DNA from: a virus
Direction: 5' to 3' (one strand)
DNA length: 64,000 bases
IMG/VR virus record: IMGVR_UViG_3300042396_000450
Location: 47,624-111,623 of that record
Position numbers and translations under genes: made by a program. Shown piece after piece: positions 1 through 10,747 of the stretch (positions are counted from its first letter, which is position 1; every line of letters starts with the position of its first letter). Below the pieces are notes generated by a model that saw only the letters and a list, made by a program, of their open reading frames with translations, was not told where the DNA came from and did no database searches.

Positions 1-191
1 AGATCACAGAATCTCACATTTAAATAATCTTCAACTAATCCATAATAACGTACTGTATTATAACCATTAGCTTTTAAATAAATACCAATATTGTGTAGTG
101 TAGCTGTTCTATCAGGTAATCCTTCTAATGGTGGTAATTTACCATTTAAAACATTATTAATAACGTCGCTAACTTGTTGTTTAGTTATCAT
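1..191 (-). CDS. Partial hypothetical protein (MITKQQVSDVINNVL...), runs off the window edge
   Basis: Manual translation. Its ATG overlaps the TGA of 188..436. N-terminus resembles MITKKDI/MFTKKDV of the 40784 and 41056 ORFs. Confidence 0.6.
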   Translation of the reverse strand, partial: MITKQQVSDVINNVLNGKLPPLEGLPDRTATLHNIGIYLKANGYNTVRYYGLVEDYLNVRFCD

Positions 192-436
192 AGTTTATCT
201 AATATGTCAAGGTAACTAAGTTGTGGTAATTCTTTAACAGCAGATAGATTTATTATTTCTACATTACAAGTTTTCTCTAACCAAGCTATTGTAGTCATAT
301 TAAATGGGTTAGCTATAGCGGACATTTGATTATAAGTACGTCCACTTAATCTAATTGATGTAGGTCTATTACCACTTTCTTTATAAGAACATCGAATTAA
401 ATTGCGGATATATGATTGAGCTTCTTGTAAGTTCAT
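188..436 (-). CDS. Small hypothetical protein with C-terminal YLDILDKL tag
   Basis: 82 aa ORF ending PQLSYLDILDKL. Confidence 0.7.
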   Translation of the reverse strand: MNLQEAQSYIRNLIRCSYKESGNRPTSIRLSGRTYNQMSAIANPFNMTTIAWLEKTCNVEIINLSAVKELPQLSYLDILDKL

Positions 437-472
437 ATATTATAATTACTCATATACACTATTTTCTTACTC

Positions 473-3400
473 ATGACAACAACCTATAGTTCGGGTAAAT
501 TACAACTTACATTTAATTCAGGTAATGTATCTGTAGTTAATGGTTCAGGTAACTTAGGAGTTACAGGAACTTACTATATCTCTATTCAAGGTCGGAATCT
601 AATTGGACTTAATCTGAATAGTACATTAGTTCCAGTTACTTTAACTACAACATCTACATTAACTATAACATTACCATCATTAGCTAGTGGTGAAACTTGG
701 TCTGACATAGTTATATCAGCATCAACTACTAATAACGTATCTGCCTTAACTCAAGTAATGGTAGTTAATAGTGCTGATTTTAATTCGCCAGTTATATTAA
801 CTAGTGTTGAGTTGTTCAAGCTAACTACACTTGCTCGTACTGTAGCTAACTCTGCTGCATTACCAGCAACACCAATTCAGGGACTTATAAGATACATAAC
901 TAACCTCAACTACTACTATGAATACGATGAATACAGTACAGCAACTGTAGATAACTTAACTGTATTAACTGCAACTACTGGTAGATGGCTTAGAGTAGGT
1001 GCAATTAGTACGTATATAACTGATACTACAGCTACAGATGGATGTGATCAAGATGTTCGCACACCTAATCTAATTGTTAATGCACCATCATATACTTGTG
1101 ATGGTAGTAAAGGTGATGGAGTTACCTTCTGGTTACGTAATGAATTTAGCACTATTATTTCAAGTGGAACTAGAATTAGTTGTACTGTGCGATTATTTGA
1201 GGAAGATAAATCTCAATTGTTCGATAGTCTCCTAATACTAGAACTACTTGGTTATGTTAATTTAATAACTGGAGTATTAGATGCTTCAGTTAGTAGTGGT
1301 GAAGTAACTTATCAACCTCGTAGTCAATGGTTAACATTACCAGAGGATCTCGACATTGGTTATGCTGCTGTAGTTAGAGTTAGTCCTAAATTCACCATTA
1401 CTGATTTAGATAACAATGTTCCATATCTAGCTAACTTAACTACATACGTTACATTTGCTCCAACTAGCGGTATCTATACTCCTGGTGTATTCGGCAACTT
1501 AATTTACAACGAATATGATAAGTGGCGCATTTATTCTGATGTTGGACTTAGTGTAATTAAGAGTAAGGGTAGTGGAATAGTTAATAATTATGAACTTAAT
1601 GATATATCCGCCGAAACTATAACAGGGTTAAGTTCTAATACCGCCAACCAGTATATTTTTCTTACTAGTAATGGTACTTCGTTCGCATCAACTACTAGTT
1701 CATTCGTTAGTGCAGTTAAGCGATGTGTAGTTAGTACAGTTAATGGTATAGGAACTCCAGTTAGTTATGGTAGCTTCGCGTTAAATAACACTAAGAAGTT
1801 ATCTGTAACTGTTAATTATCCAACTAGTGTTAGAAGTAATTATCCTGATGCTCTTATTGCAGGTTCTAGTAAAGGTAAGTTTAATGCAACTAATGTTGTT
1901 ATCTATATTAAGAATAGTAGTAATGCCGTATTCGTAACTGAAGTTAACATAACTCCATCTGCTAGTAATGATGTTTATGTACTTAATTATAGTGACTTTA
2001 CTAGTTCTACATTAGCAACACCATCTAGTAATTATGGTTTATATACACCATTAAGTGTAACTACTTCAACTCCATCTAACAGTAGTACATTTCCTACTGG
2101 TAGTTATGAAGTGTTTGTTGCATTTAAATACACTGGAGTTGTTACAGTTATTGATCATAGTGTTAGTGAGTTATATGAGATAACAAGTAACCTGAGTGAG
2201 TTATTCTCAACTAGTGCAACAGTATGGTATAGCGATAATGGTGTTCCTAGTAGTTTAATTGGTGAAGATGGTTCATATTATCTTAATTATGATAATGCTA
2301 ATATTTATAAGAAGGTTAATGATACTTGGAGTTTAGATGGAAATATTAGTGTTATTTCACCTTCATTTACTACTATTGCAGTTAGTGGACAAAGTAATGT
2401 AGTTGCAGATCAAACTAATGATAGTTTAACTCTAGTTGCAGGAACTGGTATTACATTAACTACTAATGCCACAACCGATGCTATTACTATTACTGGAACT
2501 AGCGTCACTAATACATTTAGTACAATAACTGTAGCTGGACAATCTGATATAGTTGCTGATAATGGAACTGATACATTAACTATTGCTGCTGGTAGTGGTA
2601 TTACCTTAACTACAAATTCTGCTACTGATACATTAACTATCGCAGGAACTGCTGTTAGTAATACATTTAGTACAATTGCAGTTAGTGGTCAATCTGATGT
2701 AGTAGCTGATAGTGCCAGTGATACTATTACGTTAGTTGCTGGAACTGGAATGACTATTACAACTAACACCACTACAGATACTATTACTTTTGAAAGTAGT
2801 GGTGTTAATGTTGATGTTACGCGAACTTCTACAATGTCTAATAGTATTGGAACTGGTAGTAAGACGTTTACTTATACTGCTAGTTCTAACTTAGGATGGT
2901 TAGTTAGTACGAGATTGCGTGCTGCGTATGATGTTTCTAACTATATGGAAGGTGTAGTTACTGCTGTTAGTAGTACCTCAGTTACTATTACATCAGATAA
3001 TGCAGTTGGTAGTGGAACTTATACTAGTTGGAACATAACAATAGCTGGAGATAAAGGTTCTACTGGAAGTGCTGGTAGTTTAAATGCCGCATCTGGATTT
3101 ATATTAACTCCTGTTGGAAGTCCCATTACTACATCAACTAACGAAGTTGGTTTCTATGTCGATAGCACTGATAACTTATTTAAAACTAGAGACGTTAATA
3201 ATGGTACAGTTAGAACATTAGCATCATTAAATAGAGTTCAAGCATTTACTCAAACACAATATGCTACACCTGTTATTAATAATTCTGCTACTGGGACAGT
3301 AACTTTAGACGGTAGTGCTAGTAATGTTTTCATACTAACTCTAACTGGAAACCTGACTCTGACCATGAACAACATTCAAGTTGGAGCAACTTATATCATC

Positions 3401-3574
3401 TACTTAATTCAAGATGAAACTGGTAGTAGAACTATTACACTTGATGCTATATTTAAACGATTAACTGGTGATACAACTACAGTTAATACAACAGCTAATA
3501 AAGTTAATATGTTAACTGGAGTAGCTAGATCATCTAGTGCAATTACATTAGCTCCTATATCAGTTGAGGTTTAA
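473..3574 (+). CDS. Tail fibre / tail-associated structural protein
   Basis: 1033 aa, Thr/Ser/Val-rich. Three internal ~50-aa repeats, a short collagen-like GDKGSTGSAG stretch and a C-terminal phage tail beta domain (LTLTGNLTLT...YIIYLIQDETGSRTI). Confidence 0.75.
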   Translation: MTTTYSSGKLQLTFNSGNVSVVNGSGNLGVTGTYYISIQGRNLIGLNLNSTLVPVTLTTTSTLTITLPSLASGETWSDIVISASTTNNVSALTQVMVVNSADFNSPVILTSVELFKLTTLARTVANSAALPATPIQGLIRYITNLNYYYEYDEYSTATVDNLTVLTATTGRWLRVGAISTYITDTTATDGCDQDVRTPNLIVNAPSYTCDGSKGDGVTFWLRNEFSTIISSGTRISCTVRLFEEDKSQLFDSLLILELLGYVNLITGVLDASVSSGEVTYQPRSQWLTLPEDLDIGYAAVVRVSPKFTITDLDNNVPYLANLTTYVTFAPTSGIYTPGVFGNLIYNEYDKWRIYSDVGLSVIKSKGSGIVNNYELNDISAETITGLSSNTANQYIFLTSNGTSFASTTSSFVSAVKRCVVSTVNGIGTPVSYGSFALNNTKKLSVTVNYPTSVRSNYPDALIAGSSKGKFNATNVVIYIKNSSNAVFVTEVNITPSASNDVYVLNYSDFTSSTLATPSSNYGLYTPLSVTTSTPSNSSTFPTGSYEVFVAFKYTGVVTVIDHSVSELYEITSNLSELFSTSATVWYSDNGVPSSLIGEDGSYYLNYDNANIYKKVNDTWSLDGNISVISPSFTTIAVSGQSNVVADQTNDSLTLVAGTGITLTTNATTDAITITGTSVTNTFSTITVAGQSDIVADNGTDTLTIAAGSGITLTTNSATDTLTIAGTAVSNTFSTIAVSGQSDVVADSASDTITLVAGTGMTITTNTTTDTITFESSGVNVDVTRTSTMSNSIGTGSKTFTYTASSNLGWLVSTRLRAAYDVSNYMEGVVTAVSSTSVTITSDNAVGSGTYTSWNITIAGDKGSTGSAGSLNAASGFILTPVGSPITTSTNEVGFYVDSTDNLFKTRDVNNGTVRTLASLNRVQAFTQTQYATPVINNSATGTVTLDGSASNVFILTLTGNLTLTMNNIQVGATYIIYLIQDETGSRTITLDAIFKRLTGDTTTVNTTANKVNMLTGVARSSSAITLAPISVEV
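2365..2790 (+). repeat. Three tandem ~150-bp coding repeats (F[ST]TI[AT]V[SA]GQS[ND][VI]VAD...TL[VA]AG[TS]G[IM]T[LI]TTN...DT[IL]T)
   Basis: Visible in translation and DNA (e.g. aatacatttagtacaat recurs near 2510 and 2660). Confidence 0.85.
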
Positions 3575-3576
3575 TC

Positions 3577-4269
3577 ATGTTTACTTTTCCAGTTGGTTTT
3601 TTTAATCCTATTGTTAGTGGTGGTGTAGATCCTTTTGCCGCAAACGTAGCTCTATTTCTGAAAGGCAATGGATCTAATGGTAGTACAAATATCATTGACA
3701 GTTCACCAAATCCTAAAACAATTTCTGTTTTTGGCACTGCTCAAATTAGTACAGCGCAAAGTAAATATGGTGGGAGTAGTTTGTTTTCGACAGATACAAC
3801 TTTGGGTAGCTTTGTACAAGCAACTACTACAATAAACTTGTCAAACTATACATTTGAAGTCTGGATATACCAGACAGTAGTATCTGATTGGACTTTATTT
3901 GCTGGTAGTATGCTTGGGGACGTTGATTTTAGTATTAATGGAAGTCAAATAAGAATAGGTAGAACAAACGTATCATGGGATATTACAACAAATGTAGCAT
4001 TCACTTACAATACATTTCAACATATTGCTTTTTCTCGTTCTAATTATACTCAAAAAATATTTCTAAACGGATTAGAAGTATTTAGCAGTAATTATGAAAT
4101 CCCACTTACAGCAACAAATCCTAGAGTAATGTGTACCAGAGATAATTATCAGGGGACGTTTGTTAGACAATTGTATGGTGGTTATGTAGATTCAGTTAGG
4201 TTAACTGATTCTGTTGGCAGGTATACTACTACTTTTAACCCTGAAACTGACACTTACTTGAATGTTTAA
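3577..4269 (+). CDS. LamG/concanavalin-A-like tail protein (candidate receptor-binding)
   Basis: ALFLKGNGSNGSTNIIDSS...AQISTAQSKYGGSSL...FEVWIY...HIAFSR...GYVDSVRLT pattern typical of phage LamG tail proteins. Confidence 0.75.
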   Translation: MFTFPVGFFNPIVSGGVDPFAANVALFLKGNGSNGSTNIIDSSPNPKTISVFGTAQISTAQSKYGGSSLFSTDTTLGSFVQATTTINLSNYTFEVWIYQTVVSDWTLFAGSMLGDVDFSINGSQIRIGRTNVSWDITTNVAFTYNTFQHIAFSRSNYTQKIFLNGLEVFSSNYEIPLTATNPRVMCTRDNYQGTFVRQLYGGYVDSVRLTDSVGRYTTTFNPETDTYLNV

Positions 4270-4306
4270 TTATGAAATTTGCTCAACAACTACTATCTAA
4301 CTTATT

Positions 4307-5200
4307 ATGAACGAACGTAAATTAATAGATGAAATTAAACGCTTAGTTAACAATGATGTAATTATTGGTTACTATAATGGAACTACATTTACTGACGATA
4401 ATGGTAAAACATACGCTTCCAGCTATTTAGTAACTAATAATTCTCCTATTGGTAGAGGATTCATAGTTCCATATGAAGGTAAATGGTTAGTTGTAGTAGC
4501 TAATAATAATCAAGAGGTAAGAAAAAATATAATAACTAGTAGAAGGAAGATAAGTATTGAAGATAAACCTAAACTTACTATTGATTATTTACTAGTTAAC
4601 CCATTAATTAAATATGCTGGGACTATCATACCAGTAAATAACACATTTTATACAATTAGAGATAACAAATGGAAAAAGTATGAATTACCAGAAATAAGAG
4701 GATACTTAAATTATTATATTGATAGTAACTATGTTGTTATAAAAGGTGATGAAAAGGATGAGAGATTTAATCAATTAATCGTTTTAAAAGATGACGTATT
4801 TACAACCTATACATATCCAGAAGAACTTCCTGTATTAAAAACATGGCGCAAAGATTTTTTTAATACTTATGATAAGTATAAGGACTTTTATATTTATGGT
4901 AATCCTAGTAGTGGTATTAGTAAGATATTTACAGGGCGACAAAATAGATTATATAAATTATCCGGTATAAATGTAGATTTTTTTTATGGATCTTCACGTT
5001 TAGATGACATTATTGAAGCATTAAGTTTAGAACAATCTATTAATCTAAATATTGTTTCATGTCGTTTTACTGAGGATGACATTACTAATTGTAGGAAAGA
5101 ACCATTTAAAGTGAAAAGTCCTAAATTAGATACTAATATTATTTCTCCTGAAGAAGTAAACAAACAAACTATTGTTAGCACTTATATTAAATTTCAATGA
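4307..5200 (+). CDS. Hypothetical protein in the virion gene block
   Basis: 297 aa ORF between the tail genes and portal; stop overlaps the portal ATG. Confidence 0.6.
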   Translation: MNERKLIDEIKRLVNNDVIIGYYNGTTFTDDNGKTYASSYLVTNNSPIGRGFIVPYEGKWLVVVANNNQEVRKNIITSRRKISIEDKPKLTIDYLLVNPLIKYAGTIIPVNNTFYTIRDNKWKKYELPEIRGYLNYYIDSNYVVIKGDEKDERFNQLIVLKDDVFTTYTYPEELPVLKTWRKDFFNTYDKYKDFYIYGNPSSGISKIFTGRQNRLYKLSGINVDFFYGSSRLDDIIEALSLEQSINLNIVSCRFTEDDITNCRKEPFKVKSPKLDTNIISPEEVNKQTIVSTYIKFQ

Positions 5201-6438
5201 ATAACCATTATCTGTCATCTCAAATAACTGGATTAACTACTAACATTGTTCAAGAGTTAGTAAGTCCACATAAACACACAATCCGCGATTATGAATCCAT
5301 ACTTCGTAATCCCTGGGCTAAGGAATGCTGTAATATTAAATCACTCAGAGCAACTGTAACTATAGGTGATTATCAGAATAAGAATAAAGAACATCAGGAC
5401 TTCATACTTGATGCTATAGCTAATATGGATGGCACATTATCTGACATAGTAGGACGATTATGTAGTGCTATGCCATTTGGACATAGCAGTGCTGAAATAG
5501 CATTTAAACCAATACGTTCATTTGGTAAGACTCGCTACACACTGAAGGGAATTAATCTACTCGATCCTAAGAGAGTGCGTTATGCTGGTGCTGCTGGTAA
5601 ATTAACTCATATTCGATATAACGATGGGATTCGTGCATTATGGATTCCTTATAACAAGTGTCTTCATATTACTAACGGATTAGTTACTAACTATAACGAA
5701 CGTACTGCTTATGGTGATCCAGAGTGCGAAACAGCCTATCCATACGTCAAACTATACGAGATTATATTCAGTGAAATGGCGGTTAGTGCTAAGACACTTG
5801 CGGTAGGTATATTACTAGGTCGTGCTGATACTGAGAATACTGTTTACTTACAAAATAAAGATGGTAGTCAATACATAGACGTTAGAACTGGTAAACCTGT
5901 AGCTATTAGTGCTGTAGCTAACCTAGCTGAACAGTTTCAGAACCTTGAAACTCACAGTCATATAGTTACCGATAAACGTAATGAAGTTAGTGCCTTACAG
6001 ATACCAGCAGGTGAACAGTTCTGGAATCTCGCAGAATCTATGTTGCGTAAGAATATATTTGCTGCATTTGGTGTACCTAGTATGGTGCTTGACGAAGGTA
6101 GTGGCGGTATTGCAACTGCTACACTCAGTGTTAAACATTTGTCAATTCTAGATAGTACAGTTGAAGCAACAGTTAAGAAGATTAGAGATCAACTGATTGA
6201 GAAAGTTATACGTCCACTTATTATATGGAACTATGGTGTTCAAGATGATTATGGTAGCTTCGCAGTTACTAATGTTAATGATCCGACTCAGGAGAGCGCA
6301 CAGATACAAAACTTCATAACTGCATTTACTACACAAGTAATACCCATGACTGATCTAGAAGCAATGAATAAGTTTCGTGAGTTGATGAAATTATCACCAA
6401 CTACAGAAGTTAGTCAGCCGGAGACTCAAAGCTATTAA
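5197..6438 (+). CDS. Portal protein (DUF935 / Mu gp29-like)
   Basis: 413 aa; SAMPFGHSSAEI and DQLIEKVIRPLIIWNYG segments resemble DUF935 portals. Confidence 0.7.
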   Translation: MNNHYLSSQITGLTTNIVQELVSPHKHTIRDYESILRNPWAKECCNIKSLRATVTIGDYQNKNKEHQDFILDAIANMDGTLSDIVGRLCSAMPFGHSSAEIAFKPIRSFGKTRYTLKGINLLDPKRVRYAGAAGKLTHIRYNDGIRALWIPYNKCLHITNGLVTNYNERTAYGDPECETAYPYVKLYEIIFSEMAVSAKTLAVGILLGRADTENTVYLQNKDGSQYIDVRTGKPVAISAVANLAEQFQNLETHSHIVTDKRNEVSALQIPAGEQFWNLAESMLRKNIFAAFGVPSMVLDEGSGGIATATLSVKHLSILDSTVEATVKKIRDQLIEKVIRPLIIWNYGVQDDYGSFAVTNVNDPTQESAQIQNFITAFTTQVIPMTDLEAMNKFRELMKLSPTTEVSQPETQSY

Positions 6439-6745
6439 CTAAACTTTGCTTCTTACTTAATTTATTATTTAATCGCTCATGTAGATCATTTATAGAATCT
6501 TTATAAAATTTAAGTTCGTCCTTAAGTGAATCTACTGTATCCTGGGTATCCTGAATATTATACATACTTATAACCTTGTTTAATTGCATATTGAGCAGTT
6601 GCATAACCATCTAATTCCTTCTATCATGAGTTCCATCTCCTATCAATATAACTCCTTATTCTTTCAAAACTCTGACCAACGTAGAATCTAAGTGCTTCAC
6701 GTAATTGATCAGGAGTTATATTAGGTATTGTTGATATAACCACAT

Positions 6746-7546
6746 TTATAAAATACCAAGAGCTACTAGTTCATTGTATAACACTTCTATATTACATTGA
6801 TAATAAGTATAGTGAGAACCACTTCCACCATAATAGTCATCTTCATGAATTTCACCCATTGAGCAGCTAATCGCATATAACTTCTTATAGGTAAGAAAAC
6901 TAATGGTCGGATCTATGCTAGTAATGAGATTATCAAATGCCTCAAAGTTAGCTAATGGTTCATCTCCATCATAGTATGTAATATCGTCATCCCAACAGTT
7001 ACCACTACTACCACCAGTAAACCAACTATCTGATTTAAAATATGGTTGATTAATGGTACAACCTAGATTATATTTATCTGCAAACACTAACCAATCTGGT
7101 TTAACTGCAACTTTATGTAACTTCATCGTTGTATTCTCAAATAGAAATTTAAATTCATCTAAGTTAGGTACATCTAGAGGTAATGTCTTAATACTAAATG
7201 CACTAGAGATATCACGTCTATTAACATCATTAATTAAACACTGATTACGATTCTCTTCCCAGTAATGTATCTCTATCTCAGTTAACTCTTTATTCTTAAC
7301 TAGTGCATTAATAACTAGAGTTAATTGTTCATTAGTGTGAATTAAACCATCAATAATAAATGTATCAGTTATATAACGAATATAGTTATCTAACCTAGTT
7401 AACTTATTAACTGCATTCTTCTTATAACGTTTAAGTAGATCATCAAAATCAATATGTCTAATACGTTTATTATTAGATGATTCTAGTTCCTTCGCAAATG
7501 TAGTTTTCCCACTACTCGGCAATCCCATCAATATTAATACTTTCAT
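6746..7546 (-). CDS. P-loop kinase (AAA_33-like) with an unknown C-terminal domain
   Basis: N-terminal Walker A GLPSSGKTT and FIIDG. Confidence 0.7.
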   Translation of the reverse strand: MKVLILMGLPSSGKTTFAKELESSNNKRIRHIDFDDLLKRYKKNAVNKLTRLDNYIRYITDTFIIDGLIHTNEQLTLVINALVKNKELTEIEIHYWEENRNQCLINDVNRRDISSAFSIKTLPLDVPNLDEFKFLFENTTMKLHKVAVKPDWLVFADKYNLGCTINQPYFKSDSWFTGGSSGNCWDDDITYYDGDEPLANFEAFDNLITSIDPTISFLTYKKLYAISCSMGEIHEDDYYGGSGSHYTYYQCNIEVLYNELVALGIL

Positions 7547-7997
7547 CTTTAATGTATGTAATTACAATAGCTGTTGCATCTGCACTATGAGAACTCGTAA
7601 ACTTAGTAGTAGTTCCTAGATACTCATTAACTGAGTTACTAATCATAGCTTTATCAGCTTTACCAGTTCCAGTTACTACTAACTTAATATGTTTAGGAGT
7701 GTAACTATAAATAGACATGGATTTTAGTCTACTTAATACTTCAAATATACCAATGGCGCGATTTAGGCGTTCTCCATTGTTACCGCGACCTAGAAATACT
7801 GGTGCTTCGTATATCAGAGTATCTGGTGAATGCTCCGTCAATAACTTCTGATATTGGTGATAAATATGAACTAACTTATCGGAATCATCAGGTTGAGTTG
7901 CTGTTATTTCTCCAGTAGAGATAATCTTATTAACATCGGTATCGAATACACAATAACCGATGTTAACAATGCCGGGATCTATGCCAATTAATATCAT
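7512..7997 (-). CDS. ruvC: RuvC-like Holliday junction resolvase
   Basis: IGIDPG...GY, LIYE, YTPKHIKLVVTGTGKADK, HSADATA motifs. Confidence 0.9.
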   Translation of the reverse strand: MILIGIDPGIVNIGYCVFDTDVNKIISTGEITATQPDDSDKLVHIYHQYQKLLTEHSPDTLIYEAPVFLGRGNNGERLNRAIGIFEVLSRLKSMSIYSYTPKHIKLVVTGTGKADKAMISNSVNEYLGTTTKFTSSHSADATAIVITYIKDESINIDGIAE

Positions 7998-8014
7998 GAT
8001 TATAGTTAACTTAA

Positions 8015-8506
8015 CTACATCAATAATAACTCTATATTAACTGGAGTGTAGTTAACGCATTCTACAGATACACATTTAAACAACTTAGAGTCGTGTGTAG
8101 TTATTGAGTTATGAAGATGTCCATGTACATTGATGAAGTTAACTCTACTTACTGGTTTGTGAGTTAGAAGTACATTAGTTAAGTTAACCTCTAGTTCTAA
8201 CTCATTATAGACATCGAGGAAACCAACATTCTTAAACCATGTATTAGTGTGACCTTTATCATGATTGCCACGAATTAGATACTTACTGCCATTTAGTTGA
8301 TCCATTATTAACTTAGTGTCGCGGAATCCAGCAAACGTAACATCACCTAAGTTATATACTATGTCATCATCATTAACTACACTATTCCAATTGCTGATAA
8401 TTACATCGTGCATATCACCAGTAGTTAGAAATGGTCTATTGCAATACTCAATTACCTTATGATGAAATAGATGTAAATCACTAATTACGTAAATCATAAT
8501 CTGCAA
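8015..8506 (-). CDS. Calcineurin-like metallophosphoesterase
   Basis: DLH, LGD, GNHD, THKP, HGHLH motifs. Confidence 0.9.
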   Translation of the reverse strand: MQIMIYVISDLHLFHHKVIEYCNRPFLTTGDMHDVIISNWNSVVNDDDIVYNLGDVTFAGFRDTKLIMDQLNGSKYLIRGNHDKGHTNTWFKNVGFLDVYNELELEVNLTNVLLTHKPVSRVNFINVHGHLHNSITTHDSKLFKCVSVECVNYTPVNIELLLM

Positions 8507-8960
8507 ACGTTATGTTATCTAATTTAACTTGATTAATTAATGTCCAGTTACTCCAATCCAAATTAAGATATCTATCACCATTAACTACATTATAAGTATG
8601 AGTAATAAATAACTTAGTTACATGAGGTAACAGCGTAGCATAGATACTAGATCCACCTATTATCCAGATAGGTTTGTTATATGATCTAGCTACACTGATT
8701 GCAGTATTAATATCACTGATGAAGAATGTCTCAGATTCGTTAGTAGTCAATCCCTTGTCGCGCGTAATGATGATATTAACGCGGTTAGGAAGCTTCCTAG
8801 AGCGTAGATCACCTCTGAAGGTATTAGCTCCCATTATGACTACTCCACCTGTTGTGAGTGCCTTAAAACGCTGCATATCGGCACAGTCATAATTAACTAA
8901 TTTGCCGCCATTACCAATGCAGTTATTGAGAGATATATTAGCTATTAGATTCATAATCAA
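8481..8960 (-). CDS. folA: Dihydrofolate reductase
   Basis: IGNGGKL, DMQRFKALT, VIMGANT, LPNRVNIIITR, IIGGSSIY, GDRY. Confidence 0.9.
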   Translation of the reverse strand: MIMNLIANISLNNCIGNGGKLVNYDCADMQRFKALTTGGVVIMGANTFRGDLRSRKLPNRVNIIITRDKGLTTNESETFFISDINTAISVARSYNKPIWIIGGSSIYATLLPHVTKLFITHTYNVVNGDRYLNLDWSNWTLINQVKLDNITFADYDLRN

Positions 8961-9877
8961 TTCCTTTGTCTAGTTATCCACTGTAATATTGTATTAATTT
9001 TAGTATCAGGTTCTACAGCTTTAATTAAATCAGCAATATCTTTATTTGATAAACTTACATTTTCATCATAAATCTGTTTTCTTACCTCTGATTTATTTTT
9101 ATATTCATTAGGATCTACTTGCCATTCAATACTTCCATTTTCTAATTTAAAGATGTAATTTGTTTCATCTATTTGTTCAATGTTATTTTTAATTTGATAT
9201 AAGCGTTTAATTTTCTTATTAGGAGATGGTTGATCTAATGCCCAAATAATTTCAGGATATTGAACTATACCACTAAAACCGCGTACCGATCTAGTAGTGT
9301 ATTTATTATCCTTAATTTCACTCTTGTTAACTAATTGAGTAAATACAACTGCAATATTATATTTAAGAGCGATAGTAGCAAACCATTGTAGACAAGGTAG
9401 AACTTGACACGTATTTTCATCAACAATATTAAATCCAGATAACGAATCAACTATTAATAGTTCAATGTTTTCTGATTCAATAATCTTTTCAATTAATTCA
9501 ATATCATCACTAACGTTATATGTAACTATCTCTAGTGGATTTTTAGGTGTAATGTAGTTGTTTCTACTACCACCTAATAAATCAATACGTTTAACGAATG
9601 ATTTAATACGACCTTCTGTATCAATAATTAATACTCTACCTGTATCTTTAATTTCATAATCTTCTCTAGGTAAAAATGGTATATTACTAGTTATTGATAA
9701 ACTAGCACCAACTAGACACCAACTTTTACCAATACCACCTTCAGCAACTACAGCACTAACACGACCTTTAGGAAATAAACCTCCTATATATTCAACTTCT
9801 ACATTTTCAACTTCAAGATTCATAACAGTGTGTCGTAAACTTGGAATATATAGACTTTCAACAAATACATCATTCAT
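8957..9877 (-). CDS. RecA-fold ATPase (AAA_25 / RepA-like helicase)
   Basis: Walker A AEGGIGKS, IDTE, Walker B LLIVDSL. Confidence 0.75.
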   Translation of the reverse strand: MNDVFVESLYIPSLRHTVMNLEVENVEVEYIGGLFPKGRVSAVVAEGGIGKSWCLVGASLSITSNIPFLPREDYEIKDTGRVLIIDTEGRIKSFVKRIDLLGGSRNNYITPKNPLEIVTYNVSDDIELIEKIIESENIELLIVDSLSGFNIVDENTCQVLPCLQWFATIALKYNIAVVFTQLVNKSEIKDNKYTTRSVRGFSGIVQYPEIIWALDQPSPNKKIKRLYQIKNNIEQIDETNYIFKLENGSIEWQVDPNEYKNKSEVRKQIYDENVSLSNKDIADLIKAVEPDTKINTILQWITRQRN

Positions 9878-10029
9878 CTTATTAAGGGTTTATATGTTGT
9901 ATATGATTAATTATAAACTACAACATTGTCAGGGGTGGATAGGAAATGTTGTAAATAAAATAATTAAGTATTATTTAAGATTCATAATTCATAATAATAC
10001 AGGTAAGTAAGAAAAAAGGTAGGGCGATT

Positions 10030-10239
10030 TCAACACTTGTATAATCTGATGCTAAGTATCTATCCGCCACTCCAAACATGAATCCGCCAGTTAGTAATGT
10101 GAAACTAATCCATCTCAGTTGTTTCATCTGATTAATGTATCCAATCTAATAATTCATTACAAGTAATAACACCGTTACATTGATAAACGTAGTTAAGTTA
10201 TCTAAAGTACCACTTAACTTACATCAAGTTATCTATCAT
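10030..10239 (-). pseudogene. Decayed 69-codon ORF with five in-frame TAA/TAG stops
   Basis: Manual translation MIDNLM*VKWYFR*LNYVYQCNGVITCNELLDWIH*SDETTEMD*FHITNWRIHVWSGG*ILSIRLYKC; ATG overlaps the upstream stop. Confidence 0.4.
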
Positions 10240-10646
10240 AGTGCATTTAATATTGATTCATATGTAACAGGTGTATCATCATCATCATCTAATTCATTAT
10301 CACCATCAAAGTCATCTAATATTTTTTCTAATTCAGCATACATATTATGATATTGATCGTAATCTTTATTACGTTTAGCTGCTTTTAGTAAATCATAGAA
10401 ACTAGTGTATTTAGAATTAATAACATAGTCTACATAATCATAAGCCTCACTATCATCATTTAACCATTCTCGTAATTCATCATAACTATAATTATAACTA
10501 CCGCAAGTGTCGTCATTAGCAATAATATCAAGCATTCTATCATCTGAATCATAGAATGATATATTACTACCTAATTGATAATATAACTCTTGTGCTTTAT
10601 CAGTAGATCTACTAGATAAATATGCTGCAAATTCATAAATGTCCAT
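10236..10646 (-). CDS. Acidic hypothetical protein with C-terminal YESILNAL tag variant
   Basis: 136 aa, very Asp/Tyr-rich; GAGG SD upstream. Confidence 0.75.
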   Translation of the reverse strand: MDIYEFAAYLSSRSTDKAQELYYQLGSNISFYDSDDRMLDIIANDDTCGSYNYSYDELREWLNDDSEAYDYVDYVINSKYTSFYDLLKAAKRNKDYDQYHNMYAELEKILDDFDGDNELDDDDDTPVTYESILNAL

Positions 10647-10747
10647 GTTATTACCTCTAATTAAAATAACCCTAGTTAATGTTAACTAAGGTTATATGAT
10701 GTCTATTTAAGTGATGTTATTTAAGTCGTTCTGCTACGCGAAGTTGA

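Noticed and set aside
6645-6722. 12-bp inverted repeat aatataactcct/aggagttatatt as a MITE
   Set aside because: Single copy, no target-site duplication, and it lies within a plausible 39-aa minus-strand ORF
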